A stretch of DNA of 64,000 nt from Microgenomates group bacterium (GTDB lineage Bacteria > Patescibacteriota > Microgenomatia > Daviesbacterales > UBA10151): contig JBAZXP010000001.1 of the NCBI GenBank assembly GCA_041659805.1, positions 880,224 to 944,223 on the forward strand. The letters run 5' to 3'. Both the position numbers and the translations under genes were made by a program. Shown in pieces: positions 49,857 through 59,167 of this stretch (within the stretch, counting starts at the first letter, position 1; every line of letters starts with the position of its first letter). The notes beneath the pieces were generated by a model that was not told the origin of the DNA, did not search any database, and saw only the letters and a list, made by a program, of their open reading frames with translations.

Positions 49857-51313
49857 TGTGAGATTAATTCTACCAAAGTTTTTATGCCTATTCCAGTAGC
49901 TCCCGGTGAACTGTAAGGACTGGCATTTAAGTCCCAAGCTGTACCTGCAATATCTAAATGAATCCAGGGGGTATTTTCTTCTATTACAGTTTCAATAAAT
50001 TTAGCTGCAGTAATCGATCCTGCTGAAGAAGGAATAGGACCTCCATGAGCTATATTAGAAATATCGGCAATATCAGATTTAATCATGTCAGTATACTCTT
50101 CTCCCAAAGGCATCTTCCAAAATTTTTCGCCTACAGTTGCTCCCAAATTTATAAATTTTTCTGAAAACATATCATTATTACTAAAAAGACCGGTAATTTT
50201 ATGGCCCAAAGACACAACCATTGCTCCTGTTAAAGTAGCCAAATCGATTACTTTGGTTGCTTTTAAATCTTTTTGAGCTAAGGTAACCACATCCATCAAA
50301 ACCAGCCTTCCTTCGGCGTCAGTATTTAAAATTTCTACGGTTTTACCATTGTAACTTTTTATAATATCCCCCGGTTTTAAGGCTTTACCTGAAGGTAAAT
50401 TTTCAGTTAATGCTAAAACAGCCGAAACATTAACACGGGGTTTAAGTTCACCAATAATTTGCATCACTCCTAAAACATTGGCAGCCCCGCACATATCATA
50501 TTTCATCTCATGCATACCTGAACTTGGTTTTATGGAGATTCCGCCTGAATCAAAAGTTAAGCCTTTTCCGACTAATCCGTATTTGTCCTTACTTCTGGGA
50601 TTTCCTAAATATTCCATCGTCACAATAAAGGACGGTTCGTCTGATCCTTTTGCAACTCCTGCAAATCCACCCATACCCTTTTTTGAAGCCATTTTCTCAT
50701 CAATTACAGCAATTTTCAGTTTATAATCTTTGGCAATTTTTTTAGCTGCTTCCACAAAATATGAAGGCGTTACTTCATTTGCAGGCAAATCCCCCAGCAT
50801 TCTGGCCAAATTTATGCCACCTGCAACAACGGAAGCTTTTTTAATTGCAATTTTATCTTCTCCCCTAGCTTTTTCCAGATAAATTTGTAAACCGCCAAGT
50901 TTTGTAGGTTCTTTTTCTGTTTTGAATCTGGTTGAAGGATCATGAAAAGCAATTTCTGCACCCAGGACAAGCGCATAAATCACAGCATCTGAAGATAATT
51001 GTTCTGACTCAGCTGGTGGAATTAATGTAGCGTCCTTGAATTTATTAATTAAATATTTAGAAACCGTGCCTCCGAAATTCTGACAAGTTTCAAAATTAAA
51101 TTTGTCCTTCTCCCCCACTCCAACCAAAAGAAAACTTTGCTCAGCATTAAATAAGAGTTGTAGCTCATTGGGTTGTCCAAATTTAGGATTATCCTTCAAA
51201 AAATCCTGAATCAGCTGATTCTTGAATTGTGGCACTTCATTTAAAAAAACCGGGATAGCAATAATCTTAACTTCTTTCAGAGACTCTTGGTCTGTAGATA
51301 GCTGAATTCTCAT
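49853..51313 (-). CDS. pepA: leucyl aminopeptidase (M17 family)
   Basis: NTDAEGRLVLMD signature and Zn ligands. Confidence 0.85.
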   Translation of the reverse strand: MRIQLSTDQESLKEVKIIAIPVFLNEVPQFKNQLIQDFLKDNPKFGQPNELQLLFNAEQSFLLVGVGEKDKFNFETCQNFGGTVSKYLINKFKDATLIPPAESEQLSSDAVIYALVLGAEIAFHDPSTRFKTEKEPTKLGGLQIYLEKARGEDKIAIKKASVVAGGINLARMLGDLPANEVTPSYFVEAAKKIAKDYKLKIAVIDEKMASKKGMGGFAGVAKGSDEPSFIVTMEYLGNPRSKDKYGLVGKGLTFDSGGISIKPSSGMHEMKYDMCGAANVLGVMQIIGELKPRVNVSAVLALTENLPSGKALKPGDIIKSYNGKTVEILNTDAEGRLVLMDVVTLAQKDLKATKVIDLATLTGAMVVSLGHKITGLFSNNDMFSEKFINLGATVGEKFWKMPLGEEYTDMIKSDIADISNIAHGGPIPSSAGSITAAKFIETVIEENTPWIHLDIAGTAWDLNASPYSSPGATGIGIKTLVELISQ

Positions 51314-51339
51314 GAGGCTAATGATACGCTTATGTGCTC

Positions 51340-52122
51340 AGTAAGTCAATTCCAGCCTTGTAAGGACCAACCTTGCACGGCTAATAAAAATTTAGTAAGT
51401 TATTCTTATGCCATCAAGAAACAGAGTTAAGCAATATCTTGATAATGGTTATTACCATATCTACAACAGAGGTGTTGAAAAAAGGTTGATCTTTCTTGAT
51501 GAACAAGATTATGCAGTTTTCGTCTCTTATTTACGGGATTACTTATCACCAAAAGATGAAAAGACATTAATAACTAAGCTTTCTGACCCAAGCACATACT
51601 ATAAAGACAAGGATAAGATTCTAAAATTACTCCGATTAAAAAACTTTGCTGACAATATAACTTTATTAGCTTATTGTCTTATGCCAAATCATTTCCATTT
51701 ATTTATAAAACAAACTGAAGCAAAATCAATTGATAAATTTATGAGATCCCTTGCCACAAGATATACTATGTACTTCAACCAAAAATATAAAAGGGTAGGC
51801 AATTTATGTCAGGATATTTATAAGGCAGTACTTGTAAACACCACAGAACAATTTCTTTATCTCTCTGCCTATATTCATTCCCAAGCTTTACCCTTGCAAG
51901 GACCAACCCTACGAGGCTATAAATATATATCATCTTATTCAGAATATCTTGGAATACAACAAACGGAATGGATTCGTCCTGAAGAAATTCTTTCTCTCTT
52001 CTCTAAAACTAACCCCAATCTTTCTTACAAATCATTTGTAGAAAAAACTAATGATTTCTCTATCATTCAGCAAATTACTGTTGATATCTAGCCTCTCAAG
52101 GACCAACCCTGCAAGGCTAACA
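51340..52122 (+). mobile_element. IS200/IS605-family / REP-associated tyrosine transposase (RAYT)-like element with subterminal hairpins
   Basis: A single HUH-transposase ORF. It is flanked by direct copies of an imperfect palindrome, ccttg[c/t]aaggaccaacc[c/t]tgca[a/c]ggct, at 51355-51383 and 52091-52118, with a third copy inside the ORF at 51891-51918. Confidence 0.65.
51408..52091 (+). CDS. HUH-superfamily Y1 transposase (IS200-like / RAYT)
   Basis: YYHIYNRG...LLAYCLMPNHFHLFIK (HUH) ...RYTMYFNQKY (catalytic Tyr region). Confidence 0.75.
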   Translation: MPSRNRVKQYLDNGYYHIYNRGVEKRLIFLDEQDYAVFVSYLRDYLSPKDEKTLITKLSDPSTYYKDKDKILKLLRLKNFADNITLLAYCLMPNHFHLFIKQTEAKSIDKFMRSLATRYTMYFNQKYKRVGNLCQDIYKAVLVNTTEQFLYLSAYIHSQALPLQGPTLRGYKYISSYSEYLGIQQTEWIRPEEILSLFSKTNPNLSYKSFVEKTNDFSIIQQITVDI

Positions 52123-52191
52123 ATGACAAAGTAGTTTATTTTAAGTATAATTTCAGAGTAAATGCCGAAGTGCTATAGCACTGAGCTTTTT

Positions 52192-52274
52192 GCCGAAGTG
52201 GCGGAATGGTATACGCGGTAGTCTCAAAAACTACTGATCGCAAGGTCTTGTGGGTTCGACTCCCACCTTCGGCA
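52192..52274 (+). tRNA. tRNA-Leu(CAA)
   Basis: Acceptor stem GCCGAAG/CTTCGGC + discriminator A. Anticodon stem GTAGT/ACTAC with loop CTCAAAA. Long variable arm. T-arm GTGGG-TTCGACT-CCCAC. No encoded CCA. Confidence 0.8.
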
Positions 52275-52307
52275 CACAATAGGTCAAGTTTTATTTTTTT
52301 GATTCTT

Positions 52308-53030
52308 ATGAGTAAAAATATAAAACTTATAACTGATCCGGAAAAATCCTCACAACAACCTCATAAATATTTAGGTATTTTAGGAATGATCTGGTTAACT
52401 TTTTTAATTATTGCTGTATTTACAGCTGCCAAGACATTTTCTGTAGGTCAAATTACTTTTTCTGTCGCGATTCTTAATTATCCATTCGTGTATATTTTTG
52501 CAGATATTTTTACTGAAGTTTATGGGTATAGAGTTACCCGCAAAATTGTATGGACAGGATTTTTTTGCATACTTCTTGCCACTTCAATTGCTTACCTCTA
52601 TAGTCTCATCCCTCCAACCCCTACTTTTACTAGCAATGATGCTTTCACTATTATTTTCCGGGCCAGTCCAATCATTGCTTTAGCAAATATCGTTAGTACT
52701 TTTTCAGGTGAGATAACCAATTCATTTGTCGTTGCTAAAGTAAAATTATTAACCGGTAATTCACATAAGTGGTTAAGGTGGATAAGTTCAACTTTTTTTG
52801 GACAAATAGTTGATAATGGAATTTTTTTCACTGCAACTTTTCTTGCTGCCGGATTATACACAGCCAAAGAAATTTTCCCATTAATTTTAAGTTCAGTAAT
52901 TTTTTGTACTACTTGGGAGATATTTGCACTCCCCATAACTTACAGAGTAATTAAGCTGATAAAACAAAAAGAGGGTCTTGATACTTATGACCATGGAACA
53001 GATTTTAATCCGCTTAATCTGCGCCAGTAG
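52308..53030 (+). CDS. queuosine-precursor transporter-like protein (YhhQ/DUF165, VUT family)
   Basis: Start reset to MSKNIKL, because the track ORF begins inside the tRNA. Motif PFVYIFADIFTEVYGY and 6 TM helices. Confidence 0.55.
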   Translation: MSKNIKLITDPEKSSQQPHKYLGILGMIWLTFLIIAVFTAAKTFSVGQITFSVAILNYPFVYIFADIFTEVYGYRVTRKIVWTGFFCILLATSIAYLYSLIPPTPTFTSNDAFTIIFRASPIIALANIVSTFSGEITNSFVVAKVKLLTGNSHKWLRWISSTFFGQIVDNGIFFTATFLAAGLYTAKEIFPLILSSVIFCTTWEIFALPITYRVIKLIKQKEGLDTYDHGTDFNPLNLRQ

Positions 53031-53280
53031 TTTTATCTAAATATTTAAATCTGGGGACTGATTTGCCCTCCACAACTATGTTTTCCAAGAACATTTTCTT
53101 TGGTCTTACCCATAAAGCATTTTCGTCGTAATCAGGGTGATTATATAAAGCCTTATAAACTACCAGCTCTTCCAGAGTTTCACTATGATGTGCTATTCCC
53201 ACAACTTCATAAAAGTTTCCCTTGAAATGCTGATATCTGCCTAGTTTAACTTTAGGACTATTTGCCATCTGATTCTTCAT
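53014..53280 (-). CDS. DUF1653-family protein
   Basis: KLGRYQHFKGNFYEVVGIAHHSETLEELVVYKALY. The start is set downstream of the dnaB stop. Confidence 0.5.
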   Translation of the reverse strand: MKNQMANSPKVKLGRYQHFKGNFYEVVGIAHHSETLEELVVYKALYNHPDYDENALWVRPKKMFLENIVVEGKSVPRFKYLDKTTGAD

Positions 53281-54607
53281 GAGGCGGTCTTCCTCTTCCT
53301 CTTTCCATACCATAAAACTTTACCTTTTCTGGGATAAACATTAATTTAATCTCTCCTGTAGGACCATTTCTGTGTTTTTGAATATCCAAAGTTGTGTCTT
53401 TCATATTGTCTGCGTCCTCTCGATAGATAAACATAACAACGTCGGCATCCTGTTCAATTGCTCCTGATTCCCTAAGGTCAGCCAATTGCGGTCTTCTTGA
53501 ACCCCTTGACTCAACAGCACGAGATAGCTGAGACACACAAAGAACAGGCACTTTTAATTCCCTGGCTAAATTTTTAAGTCCCTGTGAAATTTCAGAAACC
53601 TCCTGAACCCTGTTTTCCTGTCCCCTACCATGAATAAGTTGCAAATAGTCCACAATCAGGAGTTTCAAACCATGTTCCATCTGCAATCTTCTGGCCTTTG
53701 TCCTGATATCTGCTAAAGATACACCCGGAGTATCATCAATAAATAAAGGTGCCTCCGCCAATTCTCCGTAAGCATGGGAGATTCTATCAAAATCATTATC
53801 ATCCAGCTTTCCTGTTTTTAATTTCCAGGCTTCAATTTCAGATTTTGAAACAATAATCCTATCTACCAACTCTTCCTGAGACATTTCCAAAGAAAAAATA
53901 CCTACAGGCATACCTGCTTTTACAGCCACATGTTCTGCCACATTAAGCACGAACGATGTTTTTCCCTGACCGGGACGGGCAGCAAAAATAATCAAGTTTG
54001 ATTCCTGCATACCAGCCAATTTATTGTCTAAATCCTTAAACCCTGTCGGAACTCCACGTAATTTTCCTGAAGTTTTTTGCAACTCATCTAATCTATCAAA
54101 TGAAACAGTTAATAAATCCTTAAGAGGCACAAAATCACGTTTCAAACTAGCTTGGGACAGAGAAAAAATCCCCTGCTCAGCGTTTTCCAGTAAAGTGGGA
54201 ACAGGCACCGACTCGTCATAAGCCGTTTCTACCAATTTAGTTGCCTGAGAAATTAACCCGCGGCGGATGGCGTGTTCCTTGATAATCCTGGCATAATGTT
54301 CAATATGTGCAGAGGTTGGGACAATATTAACCAAGGTTGACAGGTAGGCTGATCCTCCTACAATATCCAGACTTTCTCCCTGACGGAGTTTTTCCGTAAC
54401 CGTCACCAAATCAATCGGTTCACGCTTATCATAAAGATTAAGGATTGCTTCATAAATCTTGCCGTGTTGTTCGGAACGGTAAAAATGGTGGGGAGCAACT
54501 ATTTCAGCAATCTTGATTACAGCATCTTTATCAATAAGAAGTGCCCCTAAAAGGGACTGTTCAGCTTCAATATTTTGCGGCGGAAGTTTCGATGTTTGAC
54601 TAGCCAT
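53258..54607 (-). CDS. dnaB: replicative DNA helicase
   Basis: PPQNIEAEQSLLGALL N-terminus and a RecA-like C-terminal domain with GARPGQGKT. Confidence 0.9.
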   Translation of the reverse strand: MASQTSKLPPQNIEAEQSLLGALLIDKDAVIKIAEIVAPHHFYRSEQHGKIYEAILNLYDKREPIDLVTVTEKLRQGESLDIVGGSAYLSTLVNIVPTSAHIEHYARIIKEHAIRRGLISQATKLVETAYDESVPVPTLLENAEQGIFSLSQASLKRDFVPLKDLLTVSFDRLDELQKTSGKLRGVPTGFKDLDNKLAGMQESNLIIFAARPGQGKTSFVLNVAEHVAVKAGMPVGIFSLEMSQEELVDRIIVSKSEIEAWKLKTGKLDDNDFDRISHAYGELAEAPLFIDDTPGVSLADIRTKARRLQMEHGLKLLIVDYLQLIHGRGQENRVQEVSEISQGLKNLARELKVPVLCVSQLSRAVESRGSRRPQLADLRESGAIEQDADVVMFIYREDADNMKDTTLDIQKHRNGPTGEIKLMFIPEKVKFYGMERGRGRPPHEESDGK

Positions 54608-54621
54608 AAAGCTTATTTATC

Positions 54622-55266
54622 TTAGCTTTTGGACAGAACCACAACTATTGTGGCTTCAGGCAGTTTATCACGGGTTATTGATAATTTTGGTTGCACTTCT
54701 GCGTTTTCCGCACCCATTTCTTTTAGAAACGCATCTACTTTTTCAAGCCCCTCAATTTTTAATTCCGGAATCAGGTAATGCATTGGGATGACGATTTTTG
54801 GCTCCAACTGAGCCACAACTTCTACAGCCAGTTCTGCATCCAAGGAAAATTTACCACCCACAGGAATCATTAATATATCTGTGCTATCAATTTTACTCAA
54901 CTGACTCTCAGTTAATTTATGTCCTAAATCCCCAAGATGCACAATGTTAATTCCATCCACTAATAAATGATATGCAGTATTTGTGCCTTTTTCTGCGCCG
55001 TTTGCATTGTCATGAAAAGTGGCAATCCCTTCAACGCTTACCCCGGCAACCTCATATTCACCTGGTCCGGCAATCACCAAAGGCGATCCGGTTACAGCCG
55101 CAACATTATTATGATCTTCATGAGAATGAGTGGATAGCGCAACTTGAGCATCTAAATCCTTAGGTAATTTTAATCCTGTGAATTCGGGATTAAAGGGATC
55201 AATAACTATGGTTGCGGTTTTACCTTTAATTTTAAAACAAGATTGGCCAAGCCAATAAATATCCAT
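54622..55266 (-). CDS. MBL-fold metallo-hydrolase
   Basis: HSHEDHNN (HxHxDH) motif. Confidence 0.7.
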   Translation of the reverse strand: MDIYWLGQSCFKIKGKTATIVIDPFNPEFTGLKLPKDLDAQVALSTHSHEDHNNVAAVTGSPLVIAGPGEYEVAGVSVEGIATFHDNANGAEKGTNTAYHLLVDGINIVHLGDLGHKLTESQLSKIDSTDILMIPVGGKFSLDAELAVEVVAQLEPKIVIPMHYLIPELKIEGLEKVDAFLKEMGAENAEVQPKLSITRDKLPEATIVVVLSKS

Positions 55267-55442
55267 GGCGAAATATTACCATAAATTTTGCCACAATCAC
55301 AAGATGACTTTAATATATTAATCTATTGCTTCTGGGGTATAATAGATTGGTGCATCTGACCCGAGTAACTGAAAATTCTGTCCAAACTGAACCTGACAAG
55401 ATATCCCTTGAGGTAAGCAATTTTGATAAGTTAAAACAAAAA

Positions 55443-55868
55443 ATGACTAAAAATTTAGGTACTAGCTCTTTTATTTTTTCAATGATCTTAATTTTGCTTG
55501 TGGCTTTGGGATTTTTTATGTATCTACATTTTTTTGTAAACCCTAAAGAAGAACCCTCAACCATTCTTAATTACCAACCAGTTACCACCAATCCCTTAAG
55601 CTTAACTTTAAACCTTTCCAGTCCTGATGATAACTTGTTGGTATACGATACCAATCTTCTTGTTTCAGGCCAAACTACATCCGGAACTTTGGTTTTAATA
55701 ACTATTAATGAAAACAATCAAACCTTAAACGCCTCAAAGCAGGGAGATTTTTCTCAAACCGTTAAATTGCAGTCAGGAATCAATCAAGTAATCGTGTCTG
55801 TTTTTGATAATCAGGGAAATTATAAAAGTGAAGAAAGATCCATTTACTATTCAGAGGAGAAGCTATAA
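55443..55868 (+). CDS. hypothetical membrane-anchored / secreted protein
   Basis: The internal Met precedes a TM helix (SSFIFSMILILLVALGFFMY), and the remainder is an extracellular beta-rich domain. The track ORF begins at 55326. Confidence 0.4.
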   Translation: MTKNLGTSSFIFSMILILLVALGFFMYLHFFVNPKEEPSTILNYQPVTTNPLSLTLNLSSPDDNLLVYDTNLLVSGQTTSGTLVLITINENNQTLNASKQGDFSQTVKLQSGINQVIVSVFDNQGNYKSEERSIYYSEEKL

Positions 55869-55872
55869 AAAA

Positions 55873-56661
55873 ATGTATAATTTAAAATTTAAAATTAATA
55901 ATTTCAGGAAAATAATAATTATTTTTGTTTTCTCATTCTTCATTCTTCATTCTTCATTCTTCATTCCCAAAGCTTTTGCTGCAGATTCCTCACCCAGCGC
56001 TGACATAAAAGAAAAGCTCAAACTCCTGCAAGAAGAAATTGCCTCACGAGCTGCAAACATTAAAAATGAAGTCAGTAAAAAACTTTTGAACAAAGCTTAT
56101 ATTGGAGAAATTACAACAAAAGATACAACTTCATTAACTGTAAACCTGAAATCAGGCCCAGGAAATATAACCATAAATGAATTTACTGAATATATTATTA
56201 AATCAAAAACATATACAGGAGATGCAGGATTGAAAAATCTGAATATTTCAGATTTCATTGCTGCTTTAGGAGACGCTGATGATAAAGGAGTTGTAACTGC
56301 CAAACAAATCGTTAAAATCACCAAACCAAACCCTAAAAAGATTGTTTATGGAATTTTAATAACTGTTGGCAAAGACTCAACCACTTTAAAAACCAACCAA
56401 AACGATCAGTTTTCAATAAATTTTGATAAAAATACTGATTATCAATTAAATAGCGTAGACAGCAGTTTTAAAGAAATTAAAGAAAACAGATGGATTATTG
56501 TAGTGGGAGAAGAAATTAAACCAGTTGAAAACAAAGCTAGCACGGTCTCTGCAACTCCTGCACCTCCCCCTGTTCTTTTGGCAAAATTCGTCTATATTTT
56601 CCCGAGTGGTATTACACCCAAACCTAAAGCTTCTACTCCCTCAACTACTATAAAACCTTAA
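55873..56661 (+). CDS. secreted hypothetical protein with a signal peptide
   Basis: MYNLKFKINNFRKIIIIFVFSFFILHSSFFIPKAFA|ADSS. The signal-peptide codons contain a heptanucleotide tandem repeat. Confidence 0.5.
   Translation: MYNLKFKINNFRKIIIIFVFSFFILHSSFFIPKAFAADSSPSADIKEKLKLLQEEIASRAANIKNEVSKKLLNKAYIGEITTKDTTSLTVNLKSGPGNITINEFTEYIIKSKTYTGDAGLKNLNISDFIAALGDADDKGVVTAKQIVKITKPNPKKIVYGILITVGKDSTTLKTNQNDQFSINFDKNTDYQLNSVDSSFKEIKENRWIIVVGEEIKPVENKASTVSATPAPPPVLLAKFVYIFPSGITPKPKASTPSTTIKP
55930..55967. repeat. heptanucleotide tandem repeat (CATTCTT)x4.7 inside a coding sequence
   Basis: ttctCATTCTTCATTCTTCATTCTTCATTCTTCATTCcc, read directly from the sequence. Confidence 0.8.
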
Positions 56662-57773
56662 AGATATTCTTCCTGATTGTTTTCTTTGAGTTTTTCTATC
56701 ACTTTTTTTACATCCTGAGTTTTATCCTTATGACAAATTAAAATGGCATCTTTGGTATCAACCACAACAATATCTTTTAAGCCAATCATGGCAATTAATT
56801 TTTGATTTCCTTCCACTAAACAATTCTCACTGTTTACATTAATCAGTAGACCATCTTCATCATCTACCACGTTGCCATTTTCATCTTTTTGTTTGGTATC
56901 ATAAATAACTTTCCAATCCCCCACATCATTCCAACCAAAATCCCCAGGGATTACCACCAAATTATCAATTTTTTCAGAGACAGCCACGTCAATTTGAACA
57001 TTTTCTGCTTTCTCATAAATATTCTTAACCACTTCCTTCTCGTCTTGTGTTTCAAGACTATCATATATCCTTTCTAATTCTTTATTTAAAGCAGGTGCAT
57101 TTTTACCTATTGCCTTAGAGATTACCTCAACTGACCAGCAATACAAATTTGCGTTCCATAAATAGTTGCCCGAATCCAAAAATTTCTGGGCAGTTTCCAA
57201 GTCAGGCTTTTCTTTAAAACCATCTCCTTTATATACAGATACAGTTTCATTGGAATATTTATCTAAGTGTGTTCCTGTTTTTATATAACCCAAACCGGTA
57301 TGAGCGAATGTCGGTTTAATCCCGATTGAAACAATATGATCATCTGAACCTGCAACCACCAAAGCACCATTAATCGTTTGCCTGAAAGTATTTTCATCCT
57401 CAATTAATTGATCTGCTGCCAGATTTACGATTACTGCTTTTGGATCTCTTTTTCTGACAACAGTTGAGGCATAACCCATGGCCAAAGCTGTATTTTTACC
57501 CATCGGCTCTGCAATAATGTTTTCTTCCAAAAGTTCTGGAAGCTGCTCTTTTATATCATTAACATAACTTTCCAGGGTAATTAAAAAAATTCTTTCTTTG
57601 GGAATAAGAGGCACAATTCTATCAAAAGTTTGTTGCACCATGGTTTTTTTACCATAAAGTTTTAGTAAATGTTTAGGAGTTTTTTTGCGGGATTTTGGCC
57701 ATAATCTGGTTCCCCCACCCCCTGCTAAAATCACAGCATAAAAATTATCAGAATTTCCCATTCGCTTACCCAA
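56658..57773 (-). CDS. mannose-1-phosphate guanylyltransferase-like sugar nucleotidyltransferase
   Basis: YAVILAGGGGTRLWPKSRKKTPKHLL N-terminus plus a C-terminal LbH-like region. Confidence 0.75.
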   Translation of the reverse strand: MGKRMGNSDNFYAVILAGGGGTRLWPKSRKKTPKHLLKLYGKKTMVQQTFDRIVPLIPKERIFLITLESYVNDIKEQLPELLEENIIAEPMGKNTALAMGYASTVVRKRDPKAVIVNLAADQLIEDENTFRQTINGALVVAGSDDHIVSIGIKPTFAHTGLGYIKTGTHLDKYSNETVSVYKGDGFKEKPDLETAQKFLDSGNYLWNANLYCWSVEVISKAIGKNAPALNKELERIYDSLETQDEKEVVKNIYEKAENVQIDVAVSEKIDNLVVIPGDFGWNDVGDWKVIYDTKQKDENGNVVDDEDGLLINVNSENCLVEGNQKLIAMIGLKDIVVVDTKDAILICHKDKTQDVKKVIEKLKENNQEEYL

Positions 57774-57816
57774 TATACACCACCCTTTATAAATCTTTCA
57801 AGTCTTGAGTAGATTT

Positions 57817-57844
57817 CATCCCACCCCAAGGGTGGGATGTTTTA
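57817..57844 (+). terminator. hairpin (catcccaccc-caa-gggtgggatg) followed by TTTT
   Basis: Perfect 10-bp stem with a T-run on the plus strand. It sits between convergent-side manC and the hisS leader. Confidence 0.4.
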
Positions 57845-57895
57845 CACAATAGCCTTTTTGCGCTAAACCTGCTTTTTATGAGATAATAACTTAAT

Positions 57896-59161
57896 ATGAA
57901 ACAAATTATTCCACCAGTAAAAGGCACCAGAGATTTTTATCCGGAACAAATGGCTTTCCGGAACTGGCTGTATGAAAAAATTCAAGTTTTGAGTCAAAAA
58001 TATGGATATCAGGAATATGATGGACCTGTTTTAGAATATCTTGACCTTTATACAAATAAAACAAGCGAAGAAATATTAAAAACCCAGGCTTTTACCTTGC
58101 AGGATCGTGACGGGCGTTTCCTAATCCTGCGCCCCGAACTTACCCCTACTTTTGCCCGAATGGTTGCTCAAAAAGCTGAACAATTACCTAAAGAAATACG
58201 TTGGTTCTCTTTTGGCAGAGCCTGGAGGTATGAACAACCACAAAAAGGAAGAGGTAGAGAATTTTTTCAGTGGGAAATTAATCTTTTAGGCCCGGAAAGT
58301 CCGGAAGCTGATGCTGAAATTTTGGCGATAGCAGCAGATTACCTAAAATCCCTGAATCTTACTCCAAAAGAAGTAGTTATCAAGGTCAGCGACAGGAGTT
58401 TTATGCAGGAGGAATTAAAATCATATGGTTTAACAGAAGAACAAATTATGCCTGTTTTTAGAATTATCGACCGCAAAAATAAAATTTCTGCAGAACAATT
58501 TAATCAGGATTTAGCCAAAGAAGGTATAAATTTAGAACAAGCCAAAAAAATTGAAAAACTTTTAAGTGAAAAAGATTTCTCTAAATCACCTTGGCTTTCT
58601 AAGATTTTTGAATCCTTAAAGTTATATGAAGATATTTTTGAGTATTTTGAATTTGATCCTACCATTATCCGCGGTTTTGATTATTACACAAAAACTGTTT
58701 TTGAAGCCTGGGATAGAGGTGAAGGATTTAAAAGAGCCTTATTTGGAGGAGGAAGATTTGATAATTTAACTTCACAAATAGGTGGCCCAAAAGTCCCTGG
58801 TGTGGGCATGGCTCCCGGTGATTATGCTGCTCAGGTAATTTTAGAGGAGTACGGGAAGATGCCAAATATTTCTCCCAAAACTGCGGCTGTTTTAGTGACT
58901 GTTTTTAATCCTGAACTATCCTCAGAATCCTTAAAATTAGCAGCTGAGTTACGAAAAGCTAATATTAATACAGAACTTTGGGCAGAAAACGAAGCTAAAT
59001 TAGATAAACAATTAAAATATGCAGATCAAAAAGGCATCCCTTATGTGCTAATTATTGGTCCTGAAGAAGCAGAAAAAAATCTTGTTACCTTAAAAGACCT
59101 GGAAAATAAATCCCAGCAAACTTTATCACTTGACGAAGCCATCTCCAAACTGACATCATAA
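57896..59161 (+). CDS. hisS: histidine--tRNA ligase
   Basis: GTRDFYPEQM...FRYEQPQKGRGREFFQ class II motifs and an anticodon-binding C-terminus. Confidence 0.9.
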   Translation: MKQIIPPVKGTRDFYPEQMAFRNWLYEKIQVLSQKYGYQEYDGPVLEYLDLYTNKTSEEILKTQAFTLQDRDGRFLILRPELTPTFARMVAQKAEQLPKEIRWFSFGRAWRYEQPQKGRGREFFQWEINLLGPESPEADAEILAIAADYLKSLNLTPKEVVIKVSDRSFMQEELKSYGLTEEQIMPVFRIIDRKNKISAEQFNQDLAKEGINLEQAKKIEKLLSEKDFSKSPWLSKIFESLKLYEDIFEYFEFDPTIIRGFDYYTKTVFEAWDRGEGFKRALFGGGRFDNLTSQIGGPKVPGVGMAPGDYAAQVILEEYGKMPNISPKTAAVLVTVFNPELSSESLKLAAELRKANINTELWAENEAKLDKQLKYADQKGIPYVLIIGPEEAEKNLVTLKDLENKSQQTLSLDEAISKLTS

Positions 59162-59167
59162 ATATAG

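Noticed and set aside
57774-57895. T-box riboswitch upstream of hisS
   Set aside because: The leader is only ~120 nt and lacks the T-box consensus (AATTAGGGTGGNACCGCG) and a specifier-loop architecture. I kept only the terminator hairpin.
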